64,000 nt of DNA from Octopus vulgaris (Eukaryota): positions 26,536,001 through 26,600,000 of the forward strand of contig OX597829.1 in assembly GCA_951406725.2 (NCBI GenBank), in the 5' to 3' direction. Under the pieces are notes generated by a model. It worked only from the letters and a program-made list of their open reading frames with translations, did no database searches and was not told the origin of the DNA. Position 1 is the stretch's first letter. Each line of letters begins with the position of its first letter. This document shows, one piece after another, positions 13,885 through 29,340 of this stretch. Position numbers and translations under genes: made by a program.

Positions 13885-15760
13885 CGTGTGTATAAAAAAG
13901 TTACAGGAAGAACTAGTAAACCTATATCAATCTCAAATGGATGTAGCTTTGCTACATCCAAAGTAGAAAGAATGAAATTAAACACGCCCCAGCAAACAAG
14001 CAGACATCACTATCGTGGCAGACAGTAAACGAAATAAGCGGATGCAAAAATACCTACAGGTCAAAAATTAAAGCTAAATATCCACAGGAACGCTTAGAAG
14101 AGTGGAGGGATCATTTTCAAATTTTACTTGAGAATATACCCCCAGTTTCTGATACAGGTGTAACATAAATTATTGACCACATCCTTGATAGCGTAAATGG
14201 CGATTTCACTAGTGAAGAAATTGAAAGAAATCCTTAAAAATATAAAAACTGAAAAAGCTTCTGGACTGCACTGGACTGCACTGGACTGGACTGCACTGGA
14301 CTGGACTGCATTGGTCTGGACTGCGCTGGACTGGACTACACTGCACTGGACTGGACTACACTGCACTGGACTGGATAAAATTCCACTTAAAGTCTGGAAA
14401 ATAGGATATTCTGTTAGGCTTCTGCAATACAGATATAATGGAGGCAACATTGATAAATGGACAGAGAGCTGCTTACATTTTCAAAGAAAGGCAATTTTAA
14501 TCACACCAAGAACTACAGAGGCATCATTTTTACAACTATTGCTGCTAAAATTTATAATTCACTCCTACTTAACAGGATACAATCAGAAATTGAGAAAATT
14601 TTAAGAAGAAACCAAAATGACTTCAAAAAGAAATCGATCAACTGTCTGGCAAATATTTACAGTTCATTGTACACTGGAAGGAGTAAAAGCCAGAAATCAT
14701 GAAGCAGAATCACTGTTTGTTGAGTTCTCAATGGCTTTTGACTCCATCCATTATGGTAAAAATGAAAAAAATCCTATTGGTCTACAGTATTCCTGAGGAA
14801 ACAACAGCAGCAATAACAACACTAAGTCAATTGTAAGGTCCCCAGACAGAGACACAAGATTCTTTGTCATGAAAGGTGGAGTACTCCAGTGGAACACATT
14901 AGCACCTTTTCTCTTTGTAATAACTCTGGATTATGCCCTCAGAACATCACAACGTTAACAGTCTCGATTTTACACTCGCGAATAGTTCGATCAGGCATTC
15001 AGCTAAAAAAAAAAACTGATTAGACTACGCTGATGATTTACCCTACTGTCTGACGCAATATCAAACTCCACCCAATTATTTTATAGTCTAGAATTAACAG
15101 CGCGTGATGTTGGACTACTTGTTAATCCTAGTAAAACCAAGTTCATTGCCGACAGAATCCACTCCCTTCAGCGGAGACTCCATCAACTAAGGCGATGATT
15201 TCACATATCTTGATTCTGAGATAGCCTCAACTGAAAAGGGTGTAAAAACTCGGGAAGCCAAAGCATGGGCGGTCCTAAACAAACTGAACATTGTCTGGAA
15301 ATCAAGTCAAACAACTTAAAGAGGATTTTTTCCGTGTAACGGTAGGGTCATACCTTTTATATGGCGCAATAGTCAGACGCTTACCAAAAAAAACAAAAAC
15401 AAAAAAAAACAGCAATATAAGCTAGATGGAACTTCCGAATGTTGAGAGCAATCTTAGATATATCTTGGAGAACTCATCCCACCAAGAAACAGCTGTATGG
15501 AGCTGCCTGTTTCCGCCATTATAAGAGAAAGGCGCTTGCGCTTGTAGGTCATTGCTGGCAACCTAAACAAGAGCTAGTAGGTGACCAATGGCTATGGATG
15601 CCAAAGCATAGCAGTAATCGAGCTGGTCGTCCGAACACAACGTATATAGGTCTACTCGCCAGAGACACTGCATGACTCTCCGAAAACCCCCCGTCAACAA
15701 ATGCAGGACCGACCTGAATAGCATGCGCGGGTTAAAAGTGTCCGAACAAGCTCAACCAGA
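13885..15760 (+). pseudogene. Decayed RTE-clade LINE reverse transcriptase
   Basis: Frame-shifted RT motifs in order: NYRGIIFTTIAAKIYNSLLLNRI..ILRRNQNDF, AFDSIH (~14735), GVLQWNTLAPFLFVITLDYALR (~14880), DYADDL (~15025) and C-terminal MLRAILDISWRTHPT..LYG..LVGHCW. A (ctgga/ctgca)n pentamer array interrupts it at 14261-14375. Confidence 0.9.
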
Positions 15761-15775
15761 CAGTTATGATACTGT

Positions 15776-15875
<100 letters not shown>

Positions 15876-16826
15876 ATAACTAGAGGTGTATGAACAACGT
15901 TGAATAAAATATAGATGTGTACAATATTTTTCACGTACTTTTACTCCCGGACATAGGAAGACCTTTCGCTGCAGAAAATATCTCGAGAGAAAACATTGTC
16001 CTTATAGGCAATATGTGCGAAAATCTCACCTTTGGCCTATGAATGTTGTTATCGGACCGTAGGACGCTTGTGGTTCTGCGTCGTTATGCTTCATCGACTA
16101 CGGTCACTGAATATATCGTTCATAACCCTGTAAGTTGTTTTTATATTTAAACATCAAATAGTATATTTGCAGATTGTGCAAGGCTTTGTCAAGCTAGAAA
16201 TAATTAACTGGGGGTGCATGAAATTTAGCTATGTATACAATATTTAAAAGGAACGTTTACGCACAAAGTGGGAAGAGCTTTCGCTGCAGAAATAGTCTCG
16301 GGAGAAAATGTTCCTCAAAGGCAATTTCTGTGGAAACACGATTAGTCTCTTTGTATCATTGAAAACTCATTTTTAACTCTTTATAAGTCAGGAACCGCTA
16401 GCCAAAGTTCAGCTTCAAATCGCAACCAAAACCTCCCAAATAACCCCTCGTTGAAGAAACTCCGTGTCTTTTCTCTATCTATTGCTGAGTCTTAAGACCA
16501 TGGGCTGAAAAAAACTGGCAGAAAAAACGATGAAAGCAAAGTCTGGAAGAGATTAAGGGTTCTTTTTTATTTAAAAGGCCCCTTTTTGCTTCATATGTAC
16601 CCGTTAACCGAACGAGGTTTTCACTGAACCATAGCTAAGGTATATTAAGTTACGTATAATGTGTCAGTCAAAGAGGGTAGGAGTTAGAAGGGGTGGATGG
16701 TGGATAGGAAGAGGCTTAAAAGTGAGCAGGCGTTTGTGTGTGTGTGTATGTATGCGTGCATATATATATATACACACACATTCACATATGTACATATATA
16801 CATACACTTATTATTACACATATGTA

Positions 16827-16970
<144 letters not shown>

Positions 16971-17251
16971 CTATATATATATATGCAAACCTACACAGTC
17001 ATATATATATATATTTATCTATCTATATATGTGTGTGTATGTGGGTGTACACACACATATATATATATACAAATAATTATATATATACACATGCACACAC
17101 ATACATATCAATGTATTTGCATATATGTATGTATGTGCAGGAATGGCTGTCTGGTTAAGACGTTCGCTTTGAAACCATGTGGTTCCAAGCTCAGTCCCAC
17201 TGTGTCCCCTTGGGCAAGCGTCTTCTACTATAGTCCCTAGTTGACCAATGT

Positions 17252-17359
<108 letters not shown>

Positions 17360-17947
17360 TACATATGTAGGTGTGTGTGTGTGTATGTGTGTGTGAAGGC
17401 GTGTGCTCTAGTCGTTAGTGTTTCACCTTAGGTCTACTGATCGAGGGTTCGTTTCCTAGACAGAGCGGCGAGTTGGGTTCTTGAGCAAAGCATTTTACTT
17501 CACGTTGGCCCTGTTCACTGAGTTGTAAATGGATGACCCTGCGACAGAATAGCCTTCCGATCTGGTGGGAGCGGGGCGGATGTTGCTCTGTCTAGCCAGG
17601 GGCTTGGAATCATTCTAAAGCTAAAACGATTCCAAGTGCATTAAGACCAGCAACATCCGTTTGTCTGGTTGATACCATGATATATATTTAATATAATGTA
17701 AATTACAGATAAAACCACTATTATGCAATTCAAACAATGATAGACATAAACCAAATCATAAATAACAAGTAAAATATATTTTTATAAAACATATAACTAG
17801 ATCACAAAAAGTATAAAAATGAATAATCAATATCTAATAAGTAGAAAAACAAGTAAGTTTCAAGGCTATAATTAAATTCTAGTTAGAGAAATTTGATATA
17901 ATACTAATTTGAATTTTTCCCTGTAAGTTTGGAGTTATACTCCCTAA

Positions 17948-18456
<509 letters not shown>

Positions 18457-18660
18457 TATATATAAATCTCCTTTACTTTTCATGAGTATTCGTGCGCGCG
18501 CGCGTGCGTATGTGTGTCAGTGTTTGTGTCTGTGTTCGTCGACCCCATTACTTGACAAATACTGATTTGTTAACAAATAGTAGGGAATATAATTCCAAAA
18601 TTTACCGGGGAAAATTCAATTTAACAATTTTAAATAAAATTTCACAATATACAAAATATG

Positions 18661-18768
<108 letters not shown>

Positions 18769-19004
18769 CAAATTTACAGAAAACAAAAGACCAAGACAGG
18801 TGTGTTAGTTTAACGCTCGGGAAGAATAGAAAAGTCTTTTACGTTTCAAGCCTACTCTCTTCGACTAAAAGATTAAGAGGATAAAAATGGAGAGAGAATG
18901 AAAAAAAACCGAGTGAGAAAAATAGGCAGAGTTCATCATATCTACATACGTAGTCGTAGATTCACGTACATGTATACATCTATAAACTTCTACATGATCT
19001 AAAA

Positions 19005-19235
19005 GGGCGGCGAGCTGGCAGAATCGTTAGCACGCCGAGCGAAATGCTTAGCAGTATTTCGTCTGCCGCTACGTTCTGAGTTCAAATTCCGCCGAGGTCG
19101 ACTTTGACTTTCATCCTTTCGGGGTCGATTAAATAAGTACCAGTTACGCACTGGGGTCGATGTAATCGACTTAATCCGTTTGTCTATCCTTGTTTGTCCT
19201 CTCTGTGTTTAGCCCCTTGCGGGTAGTAAAGAAAT
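19005..19235 (+). mobile_element. tRNA-derived SINE family B, full length with a 19-bp target-site duplication
   Basis: ggcggcgagctggcagaatcgttag (A box), gagttcaaattcc (B box) and central ctttcatcctttcggggtcgat.aa.taagtacc. Flanked by tataaacttctacatgatc at 18981-18999 and 19237-19255. Confidence 0.92.
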
Positions 19236-19607
19236 GTATAAACTTCTACATGATCAGATTAAAATTTCGTCTGTTGGAGTTATGCGTCATTGGTCATGAC
19301 TATATATTGTTTGTAACAGCTATATATTGACTGTGAGTTGAATAAAACTTTCGTACCTAACGATAGGAATATCGTTTACATCACCGATCTCTAAACAACG
19401 TAAGTGTTACATTAGGGTTTTCCTTCTTGAGAGATGAGCAAAACTTTGTGCTATCGGCGACATTTAACTCGAGTACAACTTGCCGCGTGGTCAGGTCGTC
19501 TCGACTAATCTGGCAACCTTTACAAAACTGATTGATTAGAAGGATGGTATTTTTGGGGGATACCCTGGAGGATGAAAAAACATAACCTGTCAATGGTAGA
19601 TGAACTA

Positions 19608-19826
19608 CGATGAGGTGCTGATAGGTTCCTGGCTTTAAGAGTATCACGAAAAGCTTGGGTGAAGGCCCAACCTTCCTAGTTCTTTTACAGGGCTCAGAAA
19701 ACTGAAGGACTGATACAATAAGTGTATAAATCTGAGCGGGAAATATGTTGAATAAAATCATAACTAACTGATCTTCCTGTATTTTATTTTACCCAAAACC
19801 AAAAACTTTTCGGCACCGCCTTTATG
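19608..19826. mobile_element. Mariner-type MITE
   Basis: TA-flanked imperfect TIRs cgatgaggtgctgataggttcctggcttt and aaaaccaaaaacttttcggcaccgcctttatg; no coding capacity. Confidence 0.6.
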
Positions 19827-19850
19827 TAGATTGAACGAGAATGAAAGACA

Positions 19851-19922
<72 letters not shown>

Positions 19923-19923
<1 letters not shown>

Positions 19924-20871
19924 GAGGTGGTATCAAAAAGTTCCCAAACTAGTTCAGTTGCGGGCGCAGTGAGAACTAGCATGACGTCGCTGACCAGCAT
20001 GACATCGCTGTGCCGAATGACATCGCTGTGTTAACTTCACAAGTTGTAAAATTTGTGTTTTTTGTGTTTTTGTCATCATGTGTATGCTGCAGTCTGCGAT
20101 TTTTGTCATGGGGAGGAAGTTGGAACAAAGAGTCTGACAAAGGACAAAGTCTGACAGCCAAGGACAAAAAAGGGCCGCTTGGCGACGGCAAAGAACTTCC
20201 TGAACAACTTGCGGCATCTTCTCAGATAAAAATAACTTCTACTATGACCAGTTGCACCACACACATGCACAGAAACAGGTGTCTTGCCTACAATCCATAT
20301 GGGGTCCTATGTATCCTGAAAACTAAGTTTCCCCAAACTGTGATGGTCGATGGGTGTGTCTCCAGTGAGGATGACGTCATGCAGCCCCACATGTTTGAAC
20401 AGGGCCTTAGGCTCAATTCAGCTGGCTAGGTGAAGCTGCTGGAAGGCCATATTGCGTGGCAGCAGGATTCGGCTCCTTGCCATATCTCCAGAAAGAGTCA
20501 GAAGTTGTTATCGGAGAATTTCTATAACTTCACCACTCCAATTTCTGGCCCCCTAATTCCTCCAATTGTAATTCCATGTATTACTATGTGTGGAGCAGGT
20601 TTGAAAAAGACACCGACCACTCTGCCTGCAACAACAAGGCCAAGCTGGCAGTAAAGATCAAGGAGTTATTCGAAGTTCTTCTCATGGACATACCAGGTTC
20701 TGGAGCTGTCTTGAAGCCGTGATAGAAGTTGAGGGCGGTTGCTTTGAGAAAACTCGTATCTCCCAGCCACATTGATTATTTTTTGATTCTTTAAAAATAC
20801 TTTTATATTTGGATGAGGTAAAGTGTTTTATTTTCTTTTTATGCACTGTCAAATTTAGCCCGAACACCCTG
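19923..20871 (+). mobile_element. Composite: mariner 5' end (same family as 61596-62504) joined to the 3' half of a maT/DD37D-like Tc1/mariner element
   Basis: 19923-20150 matches 61596-61810 (gtatcaaaaagttccc..actagtt; gtgccga.tgacatcgctg; gtctgcgatttt.gtcatgg). 20180-20871 encodes KTKFPQTVMVDGCVSSEDDVMQPHMFEQGLRLNS and WQQDSAPCH, ending in TIR tgtcaaatttagcccgaacaccctg|TA. Confidence 0.8.
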
Positions 20872-21147
20872 TATATACAATTATTTATACAAACCTATAC
20901 ATAAGCATACTATACATATTATTTTACTTGTTTCAGTCATTTGACTGCGGGGTTTTTAGTCGAACATCGACCCCACGACTTATTCTTTGTGTCTTTTGTC
21001 GAACCGTTTAGTTAAAATCACAAACATCGGTTGCCAAGCGGCGGTGGGAGGGACAAACACACACACACACGCACACACATATATATATACATTCACGACA
21101 GGCTCCTTTCAGTTACCGTCGATGCTAAAGTAGAAGACGCGCCTTCA

Positions 21148-21882
<735 letters not shown>

Positions 21883-22400
21883 TTCTCTGCCCGTACGACC
21901 GGAGAGCGTAGCCGTAGCGGAAGGGTCATCTACCCTAAGACGCCGGTATATTATAGTGGTCGGCGTCACTCAACCCGAATCTACGCGCGCATCGGGATGC
22001 TCTGGTTTTTATAGTGGGCAGCGCCACCTCCGATTTGCTGCAAGACTTCAAGCGACCGAACGAAGGAACAAGCAGGGACCCGACTTTCGTGGCAGAAACC
22101 ACGCGTCCAGGGGGTGAATCCATCCGCCTACGGGATCGGCTGCAAACTCCTCGATGCACAGATCATATATATACATACATATAAGCGTACATGTATATAT
22201 AAGCATACGTACATACACATAAGTATACACATACATATACTGGCACAGGCATGAATGTATGGTAATGAAGCTCGCTTTGCAACAACGTGGTTTCGGGTTC
22301 AGTCCTACTGCACGGCACCTTTGCAAACTTGCCTTATTATGGCCGTAGGCTGAACAATGCCTTCTGAGCGTATTTGACGGATAGATGCTATGGAAACTTG

Positions 22401-22431
<31 letters not shown>

Positions 22432-22639
22432 GTGTGCGCGTGCGCGCGTGTACGTGTGTATGTCCTCACCGCTTGATAACTGGTGTTAGTTTGTATCTAT
22501 TGCCACCCGTAACTTAGTGGTTCGGTAAAAGAACTGATAGAATTAGCACAAGACTTATAAAAAGTAGATACTCAAATTGATTTCTTCCACCTGATACATC
22601 AAAGCATGGGTGGAATCCAATAACTGAAGCAATATATAC

Positions 22640-22682
<43 letters not shown>

Positions 22683-22766
22683 CGTACGTGTGTGTGTGTG
22701 TGCGTGTGTGTCTGTGCCTGTCTGTGTATGGGAGTGTGTGTGTATGTGTGTATGTTGAAATATGTA

Positions 22767-22821
<55 letters not shown>

Positions 22822-23499
22822 CTGTGTGTATACATAAGGCGTCTAACAATATAAACTTAGACACCTAATATATATCTTTTAACTTCTGCTCGTTCCAGTC
22901 TTTGAAACTAGCCCACAAGGCGATGGCCTAGTATGGCCACCGCCTTCTGGGCCTTTTAACCGGCTTCAGTACTTATCCGTTAAAAACCTGGTACTTTCTC
23001 GGTATCTTTTGACAGAACACTGTGTTAGGGAGGCGTAACTAAACCGACACCGGTTGTCAAGGAATGGGAGGGGACAAATATAAAAACAGAGACACAAGAA
23101 CATATCCATATACACGCACACACACGCGCGCACACATATATAGGTGTGATATATCAAAACGGGAGATTGAAAAATATTTTTGATATTATTTATTCATCAT
23201 TACACATGTTTCTTATGCTAATACGAGTTACAAAGTTGTACATGTGGAAAAACATGTAAGATATCTCCTATTTGAAATTCTTTAGACAATATTCATACAA
23301 ATAATACAATAGTACATACGTATGTATATATTCCCAATAAAGAGACGGTCCTCAATATAACAACCAAATCTCCCTCAAATCATACCACTGGAGTATTAAA
23401 ACGACTCCTTTGGACCAACAATTGCATCTTTCCGCTTTGAAAGTTCTAGAAAACAGGGCCAAAATCCGACCAAATACGCACAGAACTTCTTAGTAACTT

Positions 23500-23880
23500 A
23501 CTCTAACCCCAGCCGTATCCAAACCATTGAGCCCAACACAAACGATTAATACGTCTCCTAACACCCCTCAATCTAACCCAAACCACTAAACTCCTAATTC
23601 TAACCCAAACCCATATTCCTGACCCAAATCACTAACCGTAATCCTAACTCACAAGTACAGCACTTCCTTTACATCCAACCTTAGCCATGAAGCTTACAGT
23701 TGAAGCTTGTTCTAACCCTAAGGCTAAACCATAATCCCTTCTTCTAACCCTAACCTTAAACCTAACCCTAATTCACAAATATAGCATTTCTTTTGGTAAC
23801 ACGCTGCAACACGAACCCAAAGCCTAACGGTAGCCCTTAATCTCACAGGTACACTACTCCTACTGATATCTAACCGCAAA
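23500..23880. repeat. Degenerate (CTAACC)n telomere-like array
   Basis: Repeated ctaaccc/ctaacc/ctaaacc units, e.g. ctaaccctaaccttaaacctaaccctaa at ~23744-23772, interspersed with variant sequence. Confidence 0.75.
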
Positions 23881-24425
23881 CTTTTTGGTTACTTCATGTC
23901 TTGTCCTTTCCGTCATTTTTGCTTCAGCGGCAAGAGGGATTTCTCGGTCACATCTTTCGTAGTAAGTTCTGCAGTTTCTTAACTGCAGGGTATGCTTCAA
24001 AAGAGGGTTTTGTGAGAGGTAGATATAGTGATCTTTATTTAAAGAAGGAAAACGTGAGAGATAGAATATAATAGATATGGATATACAGAGATAAGAAAGG
24101 TACATATTGAGGTGGAATTTTGACTGCTATTTCCTACATGTATCATAAGATGCAAGGGATGATGTCAATTACAGATGGAGTTTCTATCGATATTTTAAAG
24201 TTATGTATATATAAGTACTCGAGTACGTATATTTGTTCTGTGTGTATATATATATATATGTGTGTGTGTGTATGTATACACAAATATATACATATATGCA
24301 TATATATATATACATATATATATACATATATTTATATATACTTGTATATATATATGTAAATATATTTACAGACACATGTGTATATGTGTGTGTGTACACA
24401 TATACATATATAACCTAAAATGATA

Positions 24426-24442
24426 CAATAATAATGATGATG

Positions 24443-24503
<61 letters not shown>

Positions 24504-24504
24504 A

Positions 24505-24541
<37 letters not shown>

Positions 24542-24542
24542 G

Positions 24543-24590
<48 letters not shown>

Positions 24591-24603
24591 CGATGATAAT
24601 AAT
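24426..24603. repeat. Compound trinucleotide microsatellite (GTA)n-(ATA)n-(GAT)n
   Basis: Directly visible; source of the poly-V/I/M/H/Y pseudo-ORFs. Confidence 0.97.
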
Positions 24604-24949
24604 ACACACCCTCACACATCAACACACCTTAAATTTACTTTTAAAAAAAGATTTCCGCCATATTGAAACAGCCGCCATTACTATATAAACACCCGTATGT
24701 ATGTGAGTGTTTTTTTTATCATATCAGATATAAAAGACCGCTTATATCGTTATATCACGAATGTTTTTATATATCATCTGATAGCCTGGGTATATATGTC
24801 TGTGTGTGTGTATATATATGTGTGTGCGCGCGCGTGAACATGCGTGCGTGCGTGTTTGTGTGTGTGTGTTACGTATGGATTATATGTATAGGATTCAGTG
24901 TATTATCTTGTACAAAATCGGCGATGTCTGCTATTTCTGATGTTTTATC

Positions 24950-25088
<139 letters not shown>

Positions 25089-25244
25089 ACAAACATACAT
25101 ACATACATACATACATACATACACACACACACATATGTATGTATATATATTGGATTCACTATATATATATATGCATATCTATATATTTATCTATCCATCC
25201 ATCCATCTATCTATCTATACATACATACACACACACATACATAT

Positions 25245-25291
<47 letters not shown>

Positions 25292-25354
25292 TATCTATAT
25301 ATTTATCTATCTATATCTATCTATCCATCCATCTATCATCTATCTATCTATCTG

Positions 25355-25390
<36 letters not shown>

Positions 25391-25896
25391 ACTGCATCTA
25401 TTTGCTAGTTTGCCTTACCAAGCATGTACGCACATATATAAATATACATGTAATTATACATGGGTTTAGATCTGTGTTTGCCTTTCCCCCACCATCGTCA
25501 CTTGATGTTAGTTTGTTTACATCCTAGAAACCTAGCGGTTCGGCAAAAGAAATATATGCTAGACATGAAAATAAGTACTGGCTGGATTATGTGTGAATAA
25601 ATCCTAGAACGAGGTGCTTCAGCGTGGCCATATTCCAATGTTATACACATACAATGAAATACATACATACATACACATGCGCCTACATACACATTATGCA
25701 TACTTTCTTTTATATATATATATATATACATACTTAATATATATATATACATATATATATGGGCATATATATATATATATATATATAAATATATTACTTA
25801 TATATATAAGCATATATACGTCTATATATGGGCATATATATATATTTGTGCATGTATAAATATATATACAAAAGCATATATATATATATATATATA

Positions 25897-25947
<51 letters not shown>

Positions 25948-26840
25948 CGCCAAGATTACATATCACTTTATCTTAATATATTTAGCTCTCACCAATGTTT
26001 GCTTTTAGATATAAATGCGAAGGCCAGGCTGGAGCACCGCACCGCCTTTATATAATGAGAAGACAAGCGAGAAAAATGCTTATTATTATTTCTACCCACA
26101 TTATATGTTTACATAGTAAGTTTAGCAGCAGTTATCGGCCTTGCTCCGTTTATTAATACCCTAAAATAAATATAATCACGTGACTTCGCTATACTTTAGT
26201 GAAATTGCTTTAAAAACATACGGTTGCTCTGGCAATGTTGATTCGCTTGGAATTGTCGCATACAGAAATATAATATAGTTACCTATATAAATATATATAT
26301 ATATATATACATGCGTAGGTTTTTATACATTTACATAAGAAAAAAGTCATATAGTCCCTGGCATACTTTTTTTTAAAAGATGCACTCTATGTAAATTTCC
26401 ATCAAGGTAAGTCGAAAATTGTGATCTACAAATGGGAACATAACAAACGTAGCAACATACACATATAAATGTATAGATATATATAAATATATACTAAAAT
26501 CAGAAACAAGTGGCATATATTACTGCACCCGCCCCATCAATAGATGTCTCTCTATGCAAGATTTCCGCCATTTAGGTGCAAAAATTTGGCATATATACTC
26601 AACATACAAACATACAAACATACATAAACATACCAAGATATAAAAGAAAAAGTCATATAGCGCAAGGCATTCTTCTTGAATAGATATGCTCCTACGTTAA
26701 ATTTATGCTCTTTAGGCGCAAAAATCTGACCTACAATTTGGAACACACAAACAGAAAAACATATATATGTATATATCACGAATATATTTAAATATATATG
26801 TTTGTATGTATATATGTGTATGCTTCTCTGTGTTATATAC

Positions 26841-26929
<89 letters not shown>

Positions 26930-27001
26930 TAGGTAGATAGATACATATATACACATATGTACATACATATATGCATACATACAAACGTACATGTATGTAT
27001 G

Positions 27002-27241
<240 letters not shown>

Positions 27242-28011
27242 TCTTCCCTATAGTGTTTCTGTATATCGTAATCGGTATGCAGCTGAGTGCAGTAGTAACA
27301 CGACGCCACTTTATTGGAATTAAACAAAGTGATGACACTCAACGTGGAGGTTTAAACACACTAGCACACCAGTGACAATTGTACATCTAAATGTATGCAC
27401 TGGAAATTTTATATAGTTTATGTGCGTGTGTGTGTGTGTGCATGTCTGTGTCTGTATGTGTCTGTGCATGTGTGTGTATGCATGCATGTAAATGACATAA
27501 AACCAGAAACAATTGATACATATGGCATTCTCCTTGTAGAGAATGTGCTTGTATGCAAAATTTTTAGATAGTCTGATACAATGATGTGGCCTTCATCGAA
27601 GGACATACACACACGTTCATAAATATGTATGCAGCTTTTTGTCCAGGAGAAGTTCCTTTAAAGACATTTACTGTTAAAGAACACAATATACTTCAGAGCT
27701 AGACGAAACAAAACCGCCCAAGAAGTGATCATGATTATGACAGAGACGTATTTCACTATAGTTGCGGCTTATCAATGCCACGCACTCGTGTTACTTTTGA
27801 AGAAAAATTGAATCCAATTGCTTGAAGTATATGGAGTTAAATGCATAAACTATCTGCTGGTTTGCAATGACGCAGCAAAAGCAGAATAAATTTGAATTAT
27901 TCAGAAGCTGCCCCATAATAAAAACACAATCAATACAGCATACTTAATCTATGTGTGGTGTTTAAATAGCAGAAACCGCGAATTTTCGTCCATTAAGTTT
28001 GTATTCATAAC

Positions 28012-28073
<62 letters not shown>

Positions 28074-28081
28074 ATAGAAGG

Positions 28082-28132
28082 AGCTTCTACAGAACTAGAA
28101 CTGTTTCATTCAAAAGAAATCATCAGGAAGCT
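28082..28132 (-). ncRNA. Complete type I hammerhead ribozyme (family H3); truncated second copy at 50815-50855
   Basis: Minus strand: AGCTTC-CTGATGA-tTTC tttt GAAt-GAA-ACAG ttctagtt CTGT-A-GAAGCT. Perfect 6-bp stem I, canonical CUGAUGA/GAA core, 4-bp stem III and GUA cleavage triplet (site at 28088). Stem II is weak, with a U-U at its base. Confidence 0.85.
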
Positions 28133-28214
28133 AGTAGACAAGAGTTGTTTTATTTACTCTGCTATGTATTGAGTACCTTATTTACTGTGGTTAACCCCGA
28201 CTCAACCCGGGACC

Positions 28215-28270
<56 letters not shown>

Positions 28271-28354
28271 CATAAATACATAATACATACATACATACAT
28301 ACATACATACATACATACATACATACATACATGCATTCATACATACATAAAATA

Positions 28355-28392
<38 letters not shown>

Positions 28393-28409
28393 TCTACGTA
28401 TAAGTGCAT

Positions 28410-29340
28410 CAAGTAGTTGAGAACAAAATTCTAATTCAAAGAAAATAGAAATATTTATCACAAAAGCCAATATATTTTTATAGTATTGGTAGACATGCAT
28501 AGCAAACGATTATTGAATAAAACGGCCATCGGCCTTGATAACTGCCTCGATTCAGCTTCTGAATCGACTACATACGTTGGTCAGGTGATCGTTATTCATG
28601 TTGTTTAAAACGTCCCCAATAGCTGCCATCAACGAATCTTTTGCCATTGTGGGCATGCTTGTGGGTCTCCCTCTCAACAACGCCTCAGATGTAATAGTCC
28701 AGGGAGTTTAAATCAGGAGTACTAAGAAGCTAAACGCTAGGGGTAACATGATTGCGAAAATTTTCGAGCATCCACTCCTAGATCACGCAAGCTGTGTGTG
28801 TGAGAGAGAGAGAGAGAGGGGGGGAGAGAAAGTGAGAGAGAGAGAGAGGTATATCCTCCTCTGAACAATGCTCAATCTCAATTTAGGGTCTGCATTGTCT
28901 GGATGTAGATTGCCGCATTTACTCTAAGAATGTAAGAAATCATAAACACGGTCCCCATTGCTCAGACCCCCAAGACATTACACACGATGGGAACTTGATG
29001 TAGAGCCATGTGTCATTCCTCATATTTTGACCTTGAAAAGTTTCTTCTCAGCTGAGTAAAATCAGAGCAAATCGGGGTCCTTAGGGTGCTTGAGTGCTCC
29101 TGATTTAAACTCCCTTGACTACTACATCTGAGGCATTGTTGAGAGGGAGATTCACAAGCATGCCCATAATGGCAAAGACTCGTTGATGACAGCTATTGGG
29201 AATGTTTTAAACAACATGAATAACGATCACCAGACCACACTTTTCTTCGAAGTCTTGTCAAACATGAACTGTCCTTTTGATTTGTACCTCATGTGTCGGT
29301 ATATTACACGTTTAATCGTTGGTGCTGACACCGTGAGATG
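28410..29340 (-). pseudogene. Fragmented maT/DD37D-like transposase with an internal inverted duplication
   Basis: Minus strand gives WMLENFRNHVTP..PDLNSLDYYI*GVVERETHKHAHN and upstream RYKSKGQFMFDKTSKK. 29093-29237 is the reverse complement of 28580-28722. Confidence 0.75.

Noticed and set aside
14261-14375. Regular ctgga/ctgca array and the HWTALDWTALD ORF as a repeat protein or CRISPR-like array
   Set aside because: It is a pentanucleotide microsatellite expanded inside a dead RTE element, with no unique spacers.
23195-23260. GAAACATGTGTA on the minus strand followed by AATAAA
   Set aside because: It may be a hammerhead remnant, but no CUGANGA-like core or stem II is present, so it is not called.
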